Below are positions 13,532 to 29,733 of a DNA stretch of 64,000 bases, one piece after another. Below the pieces are notes generated by a model. That model worked only from the letters and a program-made list of their open reading frames with translations. It did not search any database and had not been told where the DNA came from. Numbering within the stretch: position 1 is the stretch's first letter; every line of letters begins with the position of its first letter. A program made the position numbers and the translations under genes. The DNA comes from Bugula neritina (taxonomy: Eukaryota; Animalia; Bryozoa), in the NCBI GenBank assembly GCA_964035545.1, contig OZ037766.1:33284773-33348772 (forward strand). The letters are read 5' to 3'.

Positions 13532-15306
13532 TGTCAGTACAACTCAGGAGTTGGCATGAAGTGAGTTCTGTTTCTATAGTGGTTAGTATGCTGCAGTAAG
13601 CCAACAGGTAAAGGTTCATTGGACAAAGAGTTTTGTATTACATCAACACAAACCAAAGGAACTTGTAATGCTGCACTTGAGAGAAACAATATAACAGTGA
13701 TGTGTCAATGCTGCTGAAATACAAGATGACGCAATGCTGAATTATAAGTGAATATAAAAGGCTCGTTTTTAAAATTGTGATTAATAATTATTTGTTGCTT
13801 TAAATTATTGTAAAAATATGACTTCTTATTGCATATCAGTGTTTTATGAATTCTATATTATGGCTATAATAAACACTGTAATGTATATACACAGAGTAGT
13901 AGCTTATGAATATTCATCTCTGTTTTCAGTAATCAGACGTAGAAAGAGTTATTGCTGTAAGTACTATAGCATGCAACCCTTTCAGCCAAAGCGATATTGA
14001 TTATGTATTGATATTGATTGACTTATATACGCAGGAAGTTTTAATATGTTATCAAATCATCCTTCAAGTGAACCGGAATACATCTCTGACATAATGCACT
14101 GAGCAATTATTGTAATAATTTGACCAGTGAAGCACTTATAACACTAATTAAGTTATGAATTATTACTGCTAGAAAAACTGTTAGGCTGTTAGGCTATTTT
14201 TTTAAATAAAACCATAACCATAGTGACCACATATTCTTTAATGCCTTGTATTAAATCTGTTCAGAGGTATATTTATACTTGCTGTTGTACTTAGCCATGT
14301 GTTGCATAACGTAACAGCTAGCTAGCTAGCATACCCAACTAAATCAACAATATTGCATATAGAACTATTTCAGCTATAAGAAAACTTTTTTTTATTTTAT
14401 AAAATATTTTACTAAAGATGTTATTGCATAACAGTTCTCTTTTATAACAATAATATAATATTTATAACTCATCAATGCGATATAATTTATATATTTCGGT
14501 TCTTAGTTTTAGCTTTTGATTAGGTGCTGATATTATAATATATAATTTAAATTAATATGTTATGTTATATATTTATACTACCAAAATTATATGTTTTGCG
14601 TGTATGTGTTTCTATTAGCTATAATAGCAAAAGAAATGTATCAAATAAAACAGTAACAAGTGCTATATACCAACTACACTAGCAGCTACAGTAAGTACAG
14701 CCACATGCAACTATACACTTACAATTACATAACAGCTATAACACTTACAATTACACTCACCGCTATAACACTTACAAATACACTAACAGCCATAAATAGT
14801 AGTGAGCTATATATGTCTGTATATTTATGAATAAGTCACAGTTTTTGTTCCATCCTCTGTCAGCATGTAAACATGGCACGGATGTATTTTTATAGACTAA
14901 AGCACTAGCACAAGCATGCAGTGATGGTATCACTGGTCATGAATTGCTAAATAAAGATTTGATAAAAACTCAATAAGTATTAATTAAGATAAAATTCTAA
15001 TGTATTTAAATGAAAGTTGTTTTAAGCTCAGTTTTTTTCGCCCTGAGGAAATACATTTCTGTACTTGCTCATTGTAAATAAAAACATAGTTGGTAATTGA
15101 CAAATTATATAGAAAAACTTTAATTGTATAATATAAAATTATTTCACAAGAAACTTTATATTCAATGCTATATAATTATATAATGTGTCTTAATTATCAC
15201 AACTTTTATGTTTAAATTTATGTCAAAGTCATGCAAAATGTAACTTGAATGTTATTCAACACCATTTTAGCCATTCATAGAAACAGGAATGTCAGATTCC
15301 ATGACT

Positions 15307-16452
15307 TCATCTTTGGACAGCTGACTCAAGATATGCTGCTGTATTTAGCTGCCGGGCATGTCTTGCTGCGTCAATCGGAGTCTGTTCATTGTCATTTCTC
15401 ACACTCATCACTTGTTGTATGTCTTCTAGAGAGAGTTTATCCATCATTAGTCTTAGCGCCTCTGTTTGACCCTCAGCAGAGAACACGTGCACAGGTGTGT
15501 CACCGTCTATATTCCTTATCACCAACAGCTTTCTCAACTCCTCCCCTGTCACATAGTCTAGCACATGTGTTACTGAAATAGCACTTCCTCTCAAGGCTAG
15601 GTGGTGCAGGGGTGTCTTACCTTCACCTTCTTGAGCACTGAGAAGGTGATATTGCCCTGGTGCTGAAACTAAATCCAGAATGCATGTTATAGTCTCTGTG
15701 TAATTCTTGAACGCGGAGTTGTGAATAGGCAGATCACCGTGATTATTTCTTTTTTTCAACAAACTGATAAACTGAGTGGAGGATACAGTTCTTGCAATAA
15801 GTTTTATCATTTCAGGGAGACCATGAAACGCGCAGGTGTGCAAAGGCGTGTTGCCATACTTATTACATTTGATCAGTTGTTGAAACAACTCTTCTGGTTC
15901 TACAGAGCTTATGATACTACTAGCAATCTCTAAATGGTCCTTGGCTAGAGCGTTTTGTAGAGCTGTATAGCCAATATTGTCTTGAATAGTGAGAAGGCTA
16001 GATAACTCTTGCTGTGGTAAGGAAGTTAGCATGCAGTGTACAACTTCTGCGTTACCTTCAACTGCAGCTCTGTGTAAGGCAGTCTCCCCCTTTGAATTCT
16101 GCACTCTCAGGACCGTGTACGCGTCAGCTGGTGCTAGCAGGTTTGTCATAGTTCTTAAAGTATCTGTGTAACCCTTGTGAGCTACAAGGTGCACCGCTGT
16201 GTTATCTCCTATGTTCTGGATACAGAGAAGAGAGCACAAGTCAGTAGTAGACACAGATAGTAGCATACATCTGAGACTCTCTCTATATTCAGCAGAGTCT
16301 GCTGCTCTGTGTATGATGGTCCAGCCCCTCTCATCCTTCTCTCCCAACACTCTGTATAAGTCATCTGGTGTCAGTAGTGTTAGCATATGTTGAAGCTGTT
16401 CAGGATATCCCAATAGTCCATTTAGCTGGTGCCATTCACAAGTGAGAGACAT
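15307..16452 (-). CDS. Ankyrin-repeat protein, 381 aa, uninterrupted ORF
   Basis: About nine G.T.LH-type motifs (GWTIIH, DNTAVH, GETALH, GYTALQ, GNTPLH, GDLPIH, GKTPLH, GDTPVH, EQTPID) spaced ~39 aa apart. Confidence 0.92.
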   Translation of the reverse strand: MSLTCEWHQLNGLLGYPEQLQHMLTLLTPDDLYRVLGEKDERGWTIIHRAADSAEYRESLRCMLLSVSTTDLCSLLCIQNIGDNTAVHLVAHKGYTDTLRTMTNLLAPADAYTVLRVQNSKGETALHRAAVEGNAEVVHCMLTSLPQQELSSLLTIQDNIGYTALQNALAKDHLEIASSIISSVEPEELFQQLIKCNKYGNTPLHTCAFHGLPEMIKLIARTVSSTQFISLLKKRNNHGDLPIHNSAFKNYTETITCILDLVSAPGQYHLLSAQEGEGKTPLHHLALRGSAISVTHVLDYVTGEELRKLLVIRNIDGDTPVHVFSAEGQTEALRLMMDKLSLEDIQQVMSVRNDNEQTPIDAARHARQLNTAAYLESAVQR

Positions 16453-16522
16453 GGTTGTTGTTTAGTTCTGGTTTGTTTCTCTCCGATAGTAATTGATACA
16501 CTGTGAGCCCCACTCAGCGCTA

Positions 16523-16675
16523 GTCGACATGGACAATGTAACCAGTCGACATGGACAATGTAACCAGTCGACATGGACAATGTAACCAGTCGATATGGAC
16601 AATGTAACCAGTCGACATGGACAATGTAACCAGTCGACATGGACAATGTAACCAGTCAATATGGACAATGTAGCC
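16523..16675. repeat. 22-bp tandem repeat upstream of the ankyrin ATG
   Basis: Unit agtcgacatggacaatgtaacc, about 7 copies. Confidence 0.9.
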
Positions 16676-17055
16676 ACCAAGAATGATGTGAACTGATAAA
16701 ACTTTACAGAAATTGATCAGCTGTGTGTTGCCTTAGGCAAAGTAATATTGATACTATATCTAAACTTATTGGCTTCTTAATCGCTATGTTGAAGCATGTT
16801 GCATAAAAACTTGTTCTAATTATCATATTATTTAGCCAACTACATAACAGTATTATATATATGCTATAACAGTATATAGTATACAGCAGTATATAAAGTT
16901 TATCAGTATGTAATTTATAACAGTATATAATATATCGTACAGGAGAGATTTAGTGAGTTTGATAGAAAGCTATACATCTTATAGTATTTGTGGACTTGGA
17001 AAAAAGCATACAGCACACAGTACCCAGACACTTAATGTGGTACTGTCTGAAGAAA

Positions 17056-17160
<105 letters not shown>

Positions 17161-18341
17161 AGATATAAGTCTAGTAGCTAGGAGAGAGACAGAGGATATG
17201 TCAATCAAAAGCATGAAAAAAATTGTTTAATAACCAGATAGCCTATACAAAAAAGAAACAAAGCGAAGACTATAAATTATTTTAACAAAAACTTCATTTG
17301 AATAAAGATAGATACAGTATATGATATATCAATTTTCAACAAACTAGGGCAATTAAAAAACTATTTTGTAAACTTACTTGTGGAAAGTTTGATAATTACT
17401 ACTTCTAATATGAAGCAACATGAGAAACAACTCCTCAAAAAACACATTATTTTAAATAAAAAAAGCATATAGATTTTATATAGATTATTATTTGTAGAAG
17501 GCAATCAAACTAAATATTTGGTTAAAGCTCTTTACTTCTTTAACTGTAAAGTAAAATGAGAGAGACAACTCCTTCAAATATAGACCAACATAGGAGAGAC
17601 AACCCTTTCTAATGTAGAGTAACATGAGAGACAACTCCCTCAAAGTAGAGTAACATGAGAGACAACTCCTTTTAATGATGAGTAACATGAGAGACTACTT
17701 TTTCAAATGTAAGGTAAAACGAGCAACATTTTTAACATTCAATTAGTTTGTGATTGAAGACAGGGTTAGATGGTAAGAACAATATAACCGCTATATAAAA
17801 CTGGATTTGTACAATAAATGTAATTTATTCTTATGCTTAGTTTTCAAAGCATGACAAAAGCTATAGTATTTGTTTATAAAGACGTTTCAAATAAAATGTT
17901 GTATGAAAATTGTTTGTGGGTAATGTGTGCAATGTGTGTGGTGTGTACGCGGTGTGTATGTGGTGTGTGTGCGGTGTGTGTGTGTGCGGTGTGTGTGCGG
18001 TGTGTGTGCAGTGTGTGTGCGGTGTGTGTGCAGTGTGTGTGCGGTGTGTAATTTTAATGCTATGCTATCAAATGTTAGAATGTAATAGAAGTCTGTGCAC
18101 CATTTTATTTGCTTTTTACCAACGTCAGCATTGAATCGGCTCATGTTATGATACACATGCATACATGTAATAATAACAGGACATGCTGATTGGCTGATGA
18201 GACAGGTTTGTAGGCTGGTCTTAGGAAATGAAGTCAAGTGCTGTGAATAAATGAAGTCATTTCAGACTGTAGTCTGGCGCTTTATCCATAAACTTGTTTT
18301 CTGTGAGATTATAGAGTTTGTTCAGTAAATCCAGCAGAACA

Positions 18342-19610
<1,269 letters not shown>

Positions 19611-20357
19611 AGAAGTATTCAGTGTATTTGTTTGTGACTGCAGGCTCAATATTTAACCTGGCATTGCTTATCATAGCTGCTACCATGAGTTCAGATCATT
19701 CAATGAACTACTGCTATATATGCACATAAGTGTGTATTTGATAGAGGAAAAAACTATATGTATATTCCAACATAACAAACCCTTTCTCTTCCCATGCAAT
19801 AGCATTTATAGTGTTATCCTAATAATTGTGTATATACTGTATACTGTCTATAATAGTCAGAACAACAATGATATAGCAAATCATTTGCCCAATTTTCTCA
19901 TTATATACACAGCTAACTTGGCAAATCACTACAATACAATAAAATAGGCCATCAGAAGAAACTATAAACCATTTATTTTGGAGTCATTCTTATAACAGAT
20001 CTCTCTAAATTAGATTGGAAATCTAACTCATAAGTCATTTGCTCAATCAGTCATAGTAATTCCGAAAATTCAATCTTGCAAACCTAAAGTTTTAAATAAA
20101 AACAGTACAGAAATGTTTATTAGCCTTGGAGCAGCTAGTGATAGGTAACTTATTGTCAAGCTGCTGTATATGATCATGTAGAGTTGTGTGAACACTCTGG
20201 TTATAAGAGAACTATAATAGGTTGTTTTAATGAGCATTTCATACCAGGAATATATAATATACAAACTGTCCATGATACAGGGAGAAAACTCCTTCTGTGT
20301 TTAAAGTTAGCTTGAATCTGTTTTAGATATATTATAGATATATTATGTATGCTCACA

Positions 20358-20429
<72 letters not shown>

Positions 20430-21289
20430 CACAAATATATACACACGTTGATATATATATCTATACACACAAACATCATGTACATAAGTGTCACTGTAGT
20501 ATTATATGTTGCTAAATTAACAAACAAATTACATATCTATAGTGTATCTGATATATCTACTACATATCTAACAAGCTGTCTTATATATACCTATAATATA
20601 CTCAGCTTGGCTTGCTTGTTACATAACTAAGTCAAGAAGCATATTTCAGTATTTAGTCACAAAGGTGAACTGATTTTTTTCTTTGTCAATCAATTGATGT
20701 CTTAAAAAGATAAGAAGGCAGATATATTACCATCCAGCATGTGTATATTCACCCTTTCTCAGCTTGCAATGTATGAAAACCACAAAGCTCTTAGTCTAGC
20801 TTTTGTGATGCACAGGAATTTGCAAAAAGGAAGTGGCTCTCTTATTTTATGTAATTCTATAAATTCTGATGTTTTCCTTGTTAAGTGCGGCTTTTCAAAC
20901 TGACAAGAATGCAGATAAGATCAGCAGGTATGCATTGTCACCAAACTTTGAGGTCTGCTGTTTATTCACTATGGAGTTATTCTTGTGCAGCTCAGTTCAA
21001 TGTTAGTCCATAAGAATGTGATTGATTAAAGTATGAATGATAAAACATGGAGAATTAAATTCATATGGAGCAGAAGTGATAGCTATACAAACATATCAAT
21101 TGATGCTGGCATACTTCAACTCTGTTAGTCAATTGTTGTCTATCTAAATGCATATATGCTATAAGGTGTTGTGGCGCTTAAAAAGAATTTTACAGCAAAA
21201 AAGTTCCTGTTTAATCAAAACTTAGAAACAAAACATTATTTTCTATTTATAATTATAGAATATTATAGTGACAACATATTGCTAAAAGT

Positions 21290-22370
21290 TCATCTTAGAA
21301 ATTTCTCACAAATGTAATATGTATCATATAAACATGATCCATCATCCCATTTAAGGTTTCGCTCATTTTCAAAGAGAGCAAGACAATCCTGAGAGCCTCC
21401 AAGGTTATCAGGTTGATCTTCATGCCAATCAGCAATCACTATATCCTTCCTAATGTTACCATCCCATTGCCATCGCCCATTAAACTCTCTACCACCGATC
21501 CACAGATATTTATCAATATATGAAATCCAGTCTGTAAAAGTAGTTTCTGATTAAGATGTCATATATATATGGTGTGTGCTATTGTGTAATAATAGAATAT
21601 ATTATGAACTAAATACAACATATCTCACAAAAAATAATTCATTAGATGCATTGAGACTGAAGGATTTAAAAGTTTCTATTTCATTCCCTAAAAAGTATTA
21701 AACTATTTATTTTGTTGACTCCTTAATTTATGCATAATATGCTATAATATATTAGATACGTGCGTACATCTTTAAAATGTGAGAGTTCAGTTTGTATATG
21801 CTTATAGCATCACCTTGATGAGTTTTCCTCATGTGTTTAACCCAAAAAATGGATTCCAGACTATCAAACACAGCCAGTCTCTCTCCAACACTCTGACAGG
21901 CAGCTTTTGCATCATCCCAATTTTTCTTTTGAGTACTGATTTTGAAGCATGACATAGAGTGATGGTTGTATAGATAACCCCTCGGACATGACAAGGCATC
22001 TGGAAATATTATCTCAGGTGTTTGTAAAAATGTACTTCAGTTATATAATTAGCATTTTACATAGTTATATTTTGTGCTATACATATCTAGTTAAAATAAG
22101 CTGAATAAGCTAAATAAATCACTCAAACTATAGTAAGAATACAAAAGTATATAGTTATCCTAATATACTTGTTCTAGTGTCTTGTACAGACGAACTCTGG
22201 GACATACTGATAATCTATCTTATATGGAGTTATAATATACTATTTAGGCATAATATGATAATGGAATCTGTATAAAACTTACCTTCACATGCTGACCAGC
22301 TGACACTAGTACAGGCAGCAACACACACTGCCAGAACTACACAGACCAGAACACACGTTCTAATATTCAT
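21290..22370 (-). CDS. C-type lectin (QPD motif), intact
   Basis: Exons 22370-22283, 21999-21814, 21531-21290 in phase; signal peptide, CPRGY..CFKI...WDDAKAAC, LWIGG, WHEDQPDN..DC..WDDGSC..YICEK. Confidence 0.92.
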
Positions 22371-25244
22371 GCTCAGATTACAAGTTATATATGACTGATT
22401 CAATAACAATCATAAGTTTAAACAACTCCTGAACTCTATACTTTGTAATATAAATTTCCATTCCTTTTATACTCAGTTATTTAAAGATATATATCTTTGT
22501 GATTGGATAATATTTATACATTTTGCACCAAGGGCTGCCCATTAGCATCACAAACATATTAACGTACATCTTGCAAAACAGAACTGAATGCTTTTTTTGA
22601 TCATATAATAGTTATAAAACTCTGATAGGATAGAAATGTTTTTGTTTTACTTTTTTCAGTAAAATAGCAACTTCTCAGAACATGTCTATATATATGTTTA
22701 TTTCATAAAGTAGGCTATACGTATATCAATGTTGAAGTTTATCGACGGAGAATTATATATATACACTTTACAACATACGTGTAATTATGCAATAAAATTT
22801 GTATGAATTAAGCTTTTGTTTATTATTATTCAATACAAGTCTAATTTCTAGTCACATGAGACCTGTGAATTGTTGTGTTTCAGAAAGCTCAATACTATTT
22901 TACATTTTCTAATTCTTAGCGATTTTTATAATTTTATAATTTACTTATTCAATTTTTTCGTATTTGCAAATTAGACCCCTTTCAGTGTTGCAAATGAACC
23001 ACTTTGAAGGGCTTCACTGTGGATTCTCTTCAATGCTGGAAATTTATAAAGTGACAAATAACTTTAATCCTGTTTCAGTGTTTTGTGGCCTATTTTCTCA
23101 GGTTATTTCTTTAAACCATTATACAGGTATTTTCATATTTCGACTGCAATTAATTATTGTATTAATATTACCATTCATAGATTTCCAGCTCTCTTGTATA
23201 AATATAAAAAACAAATCTATTGAAATTATTTGCAAAATTTTGCACATTTAAAGTCTGATATTGTAAATGATTATAACAAGATTATTACACCAATAACTGA
23301 AATTTAAACAAAAGTATTTAATAATGTTGCAATTGTTTAGGTAACCTATACTACTTGTACTGCCAATCGGAAGTGGATACCAGTTCTCTAACATCTCATC
23401 ACTATAACTTATGTAAAACATGTTGTGCAAGCAGATAGCTGTAAACTAACCCCCTATTCACACTGCTTGAATCAAAAAATTCTGTTGGGCTCCTGTTGGG
23501 TGGAGTTGGTATATGGTACTAGAATTTAAAAAATATTTTGGAAAGATTGAAAAATCTTTACATGGCTTGTTTAAATTAAACTCAGCTTATAAAAATCTAG
23601 CTTTCAATAATTACAAAAGCACGAAAACCAAAATCCTAAAAATTAATTAAACGGCTTAAATATACTTATTATTCAAATTAGTTTGCACAATTATTTAGGG
23701 ACACATATATTTAAAAGAGAGTTTTCTTTTTTTAATTTTTTTTATCTGGTCAATAATATCTATATAACATATTTTGAGAAGAATGTTGCGACAAGTTTGT
23801 AAATAATATCCAAAGGCGTACAAAAACGGACGTAACAGCATTTTACTTTTGCTGTTACAATGTATAGTAGGATAAATGTGAATGAGGGGTAAATGCTTCT
23901 GAGAAATAGTTGGACATCTTGAATTCATTGTTTAGTATAAACAATGTATAGGTGTATGTGTCATGATGGTGTTAAATATAACATTATAGTCTTGTAAAAT
24001 TGCTATGCGGAATAAAAGGTTTTGGTTCTTGGTTTCACTTCTATAGTTGTGACAATGCTTAGAGTGTGTATTCTGGATTTTTGGTGAAACAACAATTGAT
24101 CCTGTTGTCTAGATGGCTAAAGAATTAAAACAAGCTGAATAAACAGATGTCTAAGTTATTATTCAGTCAATACTGTTAAACACAATGTGCTCATTACATA
24201 TTAAACACAATGCACTCATTATATGTTAAAGTCCATTCATTGTCTGCTTGTAAAATGCATTTAAATGTAATTAATTCTTATCTATTTGATGGAGAGAATA
24301 AGACTGATGCAAGTAATCTAGCTGGTGAAGTAAAAAATTGGATCTGAAGGTTTCATTTGCTGAGTGTGAGAACATAAGTCAACCAGCTTAAACAGCATTT
24401 CATTGGCCAAAAGTTACAAGTTTATTGTTTCCTTACCGACTTTTCTCATGACCCTGCTTGTCTGTTAATATAATATATTGCTTTTTCCTGATTGGCTGAG
24501 CAACTTCCTTGTAGCCTGAACACTACATCAGAATTTAATGGAATCACCACCACTGCTTTTAACTCAACCACTAACATCCTGTTCAATCCTATAGCTTACT
24601 GGCCACAGCTGCTAAGCTTTATAGCTTGCTTCAAGTTATTGAATGGGTAATTCTAGTGACAGTATTTATATTTATTGTAGAAATTAACATAACTCTCCTG
24701 TAGTGTAAATTAGATTTCTTATGTCTCATTGATTACTTAACTATTTGCTATATCAACAATTTCATGTTCACTGAGCACTGCTTATAAATTCTCAGAAATA
24801 AACTTGCAGCATTATCATAATTCTGTCTTTAATCATCATATATAAAGAGAACATATAATATTATATTATAATATTCAGTGTGTAACTCTACAAGACATCA
24901 GTATTCTCTGCTATATGCAGTATAAAACAATCATAAGACTCCCTTCACCTCATGTCATGCATGTAGTTTAAACCAGTTTGTCATAATTTTTACTTTTTAT
25001 ACAAACTCTGAAGATGGATGCAGCACATTTCCATATTAAACACTCTTAAATTCAATAATGTCTGAGATAGAAATTTACGTTATCTATAGTTTATGTATAT
25101 AGAGAAGCTTAAAGTAGTAAACAAAGTAGTTTATGAAGTGCAACTTTTAGTCTTTTAGTTATATAAACAAAGTAGTGACTAAACATATTTCAAGTTAATT
25201 AATTTTTAATAAAATTATCAGCTTGCAAAAATATGTCAGCCATC

Positions 25245-25284
25245 TGAGTGTGTGTGAGTGTGTGTGTGTGAGTGAGTGTGTGTG

Positions 25285-25320
<36 letters not shown>

Positions 25321-25620
25321 TGTGTGCGTGCGTGCGTACGTGTGTGTGTGTGAGTGTGTGTGTGTGTGTATGTGTGCCTGTGTGCGGTGTGTGTGTGTGT
25401 GTGCGGTGTGTGTGTGTGCGCGCGTATTTGTGAGTGTATGTATGTGTGTGTGTGTGCATGTCTGCGTGTGTGCGTGCGTGTGTCTGTGTACGTACAAACG
25501 TGTGTCTGTGTACCTACGTGTGTGTGTGTGTGCACATGTCTGTGTGTGTAGTAGTAGTGGTGGTAGCAGTAGCAGTAGCAGCAACAGTAGCAGTAACAGT
25601 AGTAGTAGTAGTATAGTAGT
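25245..25620. repeat. Compound (GT)/(GCGT)/(AGT) microsatellite
   Basis: Seen directly; explains the overlapping spurious ORFs. Confidence 0.95.
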
Positions 25621-26338
25621 ATTTCACAGTGTATATTATAGTGGTCGTGCTGTACACTGTAGTGTAGTAGATCATACCCTGTAGTCATGGTGATATCGTA
25701 CGCTTTATGATGTTATAATAAAACTCTATTGAATGGAAGTGTTGAAGTGGAGTTATCATATCTTTATTTATTTAAATTATACACTCGTTATAATGTTATA
25801 GTTGCATACAAGTATTTATATTGCTATGAAATATAAAAGATGCATTCAACTCCAAACATAATCTTTACTGTTAAAATCAAGTACAGAAAACAGACTGAGA
25901 AAGTTAATTAAAAATATCTTAAACCTAAAAGTTGAAATTCGAAGGTTGAATTGAATTATGAAGAATAATATATGATGCTCAATAAACTACTCGAAGTGAT
26001 ATAATTTTTATATTTTATTTGAAAAAAATACTTCAACCATTTTATTAGTGCGGTATTATTAAAAGCCTGCTATAAAATTAAATGCTAATAACATTGTTCT
26101 CATCACATATTACTATAATATAGTAGATGATTAGGCTATTGCTCTATACAGTATAGTATATATAATATACACATGGTTCAAGAGGAAATACTAACTGGCC
26201 GTAAGACAACGAGCTCTTCTCCTCACACAACTAGCTGATAGAAGAGAAGTTGTTCTCCCTCTGTAAGAGGTACTTGGAGTGGAACTCAAAGCCCCGCCTC
26301 TGTACTGTCCTGCAATCAGATACGCTGTTAGTAACACT

Positions 26339-26399
<61 letters not shown>

Positions 26400-26636
26400 A
26401 ATATGTGCTCTAACAATAGTGAAATAAACAATTTACCGGATGATATTAGTAATTAATAGAAGTTATATACAGCACAACCAGTGGCTAAAACACAAACCGC
26501 AATATCAAGTATGTATAACAGTATAAGTTTTTATGTTCCTAACTCAGCTAATTAAATATCAAACTTGTTGCAAACTACTCTACAACTATATGTATATTTG
26601 AATGCTTTAATTTCTATTTATAGAGAAAATTTAACC

Positions 26637-28410
26637 TCAGAAAGTATATAGATTCCCTCTTCTTAGAGAGACATTTCCTGATTTGCTCATCCCCGGCTGC
26701 GTCTGGTGGTTGTACACATCCCTGTACGTCTGCTGTTTAGGCTGATAGTATCCTGTAGCATGGTGGTTGTACACATCCGTGTACGTCTGCTGTTTAGGCT
26801 GATAGTATCCTGTGGTATGATGAAGTTTACTAAAGTCTTTCTTTGTGGAACTTATATCTTCAGTATGTGATCGGATGAGTGTAGTCTGGTTTCTTGATAT
26901 TTCTCTAAGTCTCAGTGAAAGGCGTACCAACTCCCCTATAAAAGTGAAGACCTATGGAGTTGCATTGTCTATGGTCAGGTGAGAAAGAAGACAACTCCGT
27001 TTGAGCAAAGAAAGAGTTCCATGCGCTCTAGCAGCTGTAACTTTTCTAACCTTATATTAACCAAGCCTAGTACTACCTTATCATTGCGATGATTTAGTAA
27101 ACAGTATATACATACGGCGCGTACACAGTACACATTATTATTGTGAATAAATCATAATTATTAGTACGTTATAGTAGTTCATCTATACTCCCACATATTG
27201 CAGGTATGTTGATAATGATGTAATGTGTTGAACTATACACTGATATGTTGATAATGTGTTGAACTATACACTGATATGTTGATAATAATGTAATGTGTTG
27301 AACTATATACTGATATGTTGATAATGATGTAATGTGTTGAACTATATACTGATATGTTGATAATGATGTAATGTGTTGAACTATATACTGATATGTTGAT
27401 AATGATGTAATGTGTTGAACTATACACTGATATGTTGATAATGATGTAATGTGTTGAACTATATACTGATATGTTGATAATGTGTTGAACTATATACTGA
27501 TATGTTGATAATGTGTAGAACTATATACTGATATGTTGATAATAATGCAATGTGTTGAACTATACACTGATATGTTGAGAATGTGTAGAACTATATACTG
27601 ATATGTTGATAATGATGTAATGTGTTGAACTATATACTGATATGTTGATAATGATGTAATGTGTTGAACTATATACTGATATGTTGATAATGTGTAGAAC
27701 TATACACTGATATGTTGATAATGTGTTGAACTATATACTGATATGTTGATAATGATGTAATGTGTTGAACTATATACTGATATGTTGATAATGATGTAAT
27801 GTGTTGAACTATATACTGATATGTTGATAATAATGTAATGTGTTGAACTATATACTGATATGTTGATAATAATGCAATGTGTTGAACTATACACTGATAT
27901 GTTGAGAATGTGTTGAACTATATACTGATATGTTGATAATGTGTTGAACTATACACTGATATGTTGATAATGTTGATAATGTGTTGAACTATACACTGAT
28001 ATGTTGATAATGTGTTGAACTATATACTGATATGTTGATAATGATGTAATGTGTTGAACTATATACTGATATGTTGATAATGATGTAATGTGTTGAACTA
28101 TATACTGATATGTTGATAATAATGCAATGTGTTGAACTATATACTGATATGTTGATAATGTGTTGAACTATATACTGATATGTTGATAATGATGTAATGT
28201 GTTGAACTATATACTGATATGTTGATAATAATGTAATGTGTTGAACTATATACTGATATGTTGATAATGTGTAGAACTACATTTCACTCCCAACAAACCT
28301 TTATTCACTCTGTTGACAGTTTGTGTTTTGACGTAGATGGCTTGCGCTGCAGATTGCATTCGCTTTGGTCGCATGTTGAAGTCCCAAATGCCTATTTCAG
28401 TGAGCCCCAT
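26637..28410 (-). CDS. Putative two-exon uncharacterised protein (~136 aa)
   Basis: Exon 28410-28299 (MGLTEIGIWDFNMRPKRMQSAAQAIYVKTQTVNRVNK, donor G|GTTTGT) joins in phase to acceptor cttttatag|26935-26637 (GELVRLSLRLREISRNQ...). The intron contains the 27.2-28.3 kb minisatellite. Confidence 0.55.
27205..28280. repeat. 31/39-bp minisatellite
   Basis: Unit tatgttgataat(gatgtaat)gtgttgaactatatactga, about 30 copies. Confidence 0.95.
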
Positions 28411-29329
28411 CTTCAACTGCACAGTGAGTCAGTTAAGAATATTCTAGAAGACTCTGTGGTAAACAGTACTCTACTCAGAGAGAACCTTATGCAAGCTAGC
28501 TGATATAATGGTGTGACCGCACTGTCCACAAGAACTTCATCTCATGTCCTCATCTTATGTGATAAATCACTCCCAGGGGACCAAAACTCTCGCTCTTCGG
28601 TGACCTTGAATAACGGATGACCTTGATGACACTAGACTGCTGTGTTTTTATTCATTGATGAGCAGTTGATGGAGTGATTAGGCAATGATTGATAAGAAAA
28701 ATCAATATTTCTATTGAAAGTCAAGCTTTGTATTGGATTTTACACAGTAATAATTTTCATACTGACTGAATCAAGACCTAGCTCATTATACAGTCATGCA
28801 TTGCTAATGGTTACCGATACAACTGGCTGCAAGCTAGGCACAGCATCTGATTCTTTGAACATTGGAAATCTCAGGAGAAATGGATTTTTGGGACAGTTGA
28901 ATAAGACATCACCTCAATAAATATTGTATTATTTAATATGTATTATACATATATCATTATTGCTAACAGCACAGCTAACTGCATTGGAGGTATTATTCTC
29001 AGTTGTGGTGTTTAACATGACAGTGTTTCAGGATTTCGTATTATGGAATAAGAATAATTAGGAAATATGTAACGATTGACACCCAGAAGATATTGAGAAT
29101 AACAGGAATAGAACAAGAGACAATCTAATTGGTCATATCCAAATATATTGATGTATTATTCCATAGCTTTTGGCTACAGTTGAATTGGGAAATAAAAGAA
29201 TTATATACTATAATAGCATATATAATATTATATATTGACATTTTATTTGTGGAATTAAATTAGCATACATAATGATTATTACTATTGAAAGTCATTCATA
29301 AAAAGGAAAACACTTGATACAAATGTACA

Positions 29330-29638
29330 TACACTATCACTATGAGTAATGTATGTACACTATCACTATTAGTAATGTACGTACACTATCCCTATGAGTA
29401 ATGTACACTATCCCTATGAGTAATGTACGTACACTATCCCTATGAGTAATGTACGTACACTATCACTATGAGTAATGTACGTACACTATCTCTATGAGTA
29501 ATGTATGTACACTATCCCTATTAGTAATGTACGTACACTATCCCTATGAGTAATGTATGTACACTATCCCTATGAGTAATGTACGTACACTATCCCTATG
29601 AGTAATGTATGTACACTATCCCTATGAGTAATGTACAC
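29330..29638. repeat. 26-bp minisatellite just downstream of the EXOSC10 stop (probable 3'UTR)
   Basis: Unit tacactatccctatgagtaatgtacg. Confidence 0.9.
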
Positions 29639-29733
29639 ATAAAATGACATCTAATGTAAAGTAGATAACAGTGCGGGTGGTCAGTGGTACACCCTGACTT
29701 AGATACAACTAACAGGTGAAGATCCAAGGCTTC

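Noticed and set aside
22700-25200. Short ORFs and possible transposon remnants
   Set aside because: No recognisable domain, terminal repeats or consistent splice structure.
25675-25690. TACCCTGTAG, matching the 5' end of miR-10
   Set aside because: The match ends after 10 nt and no precursor hairpin is evident.
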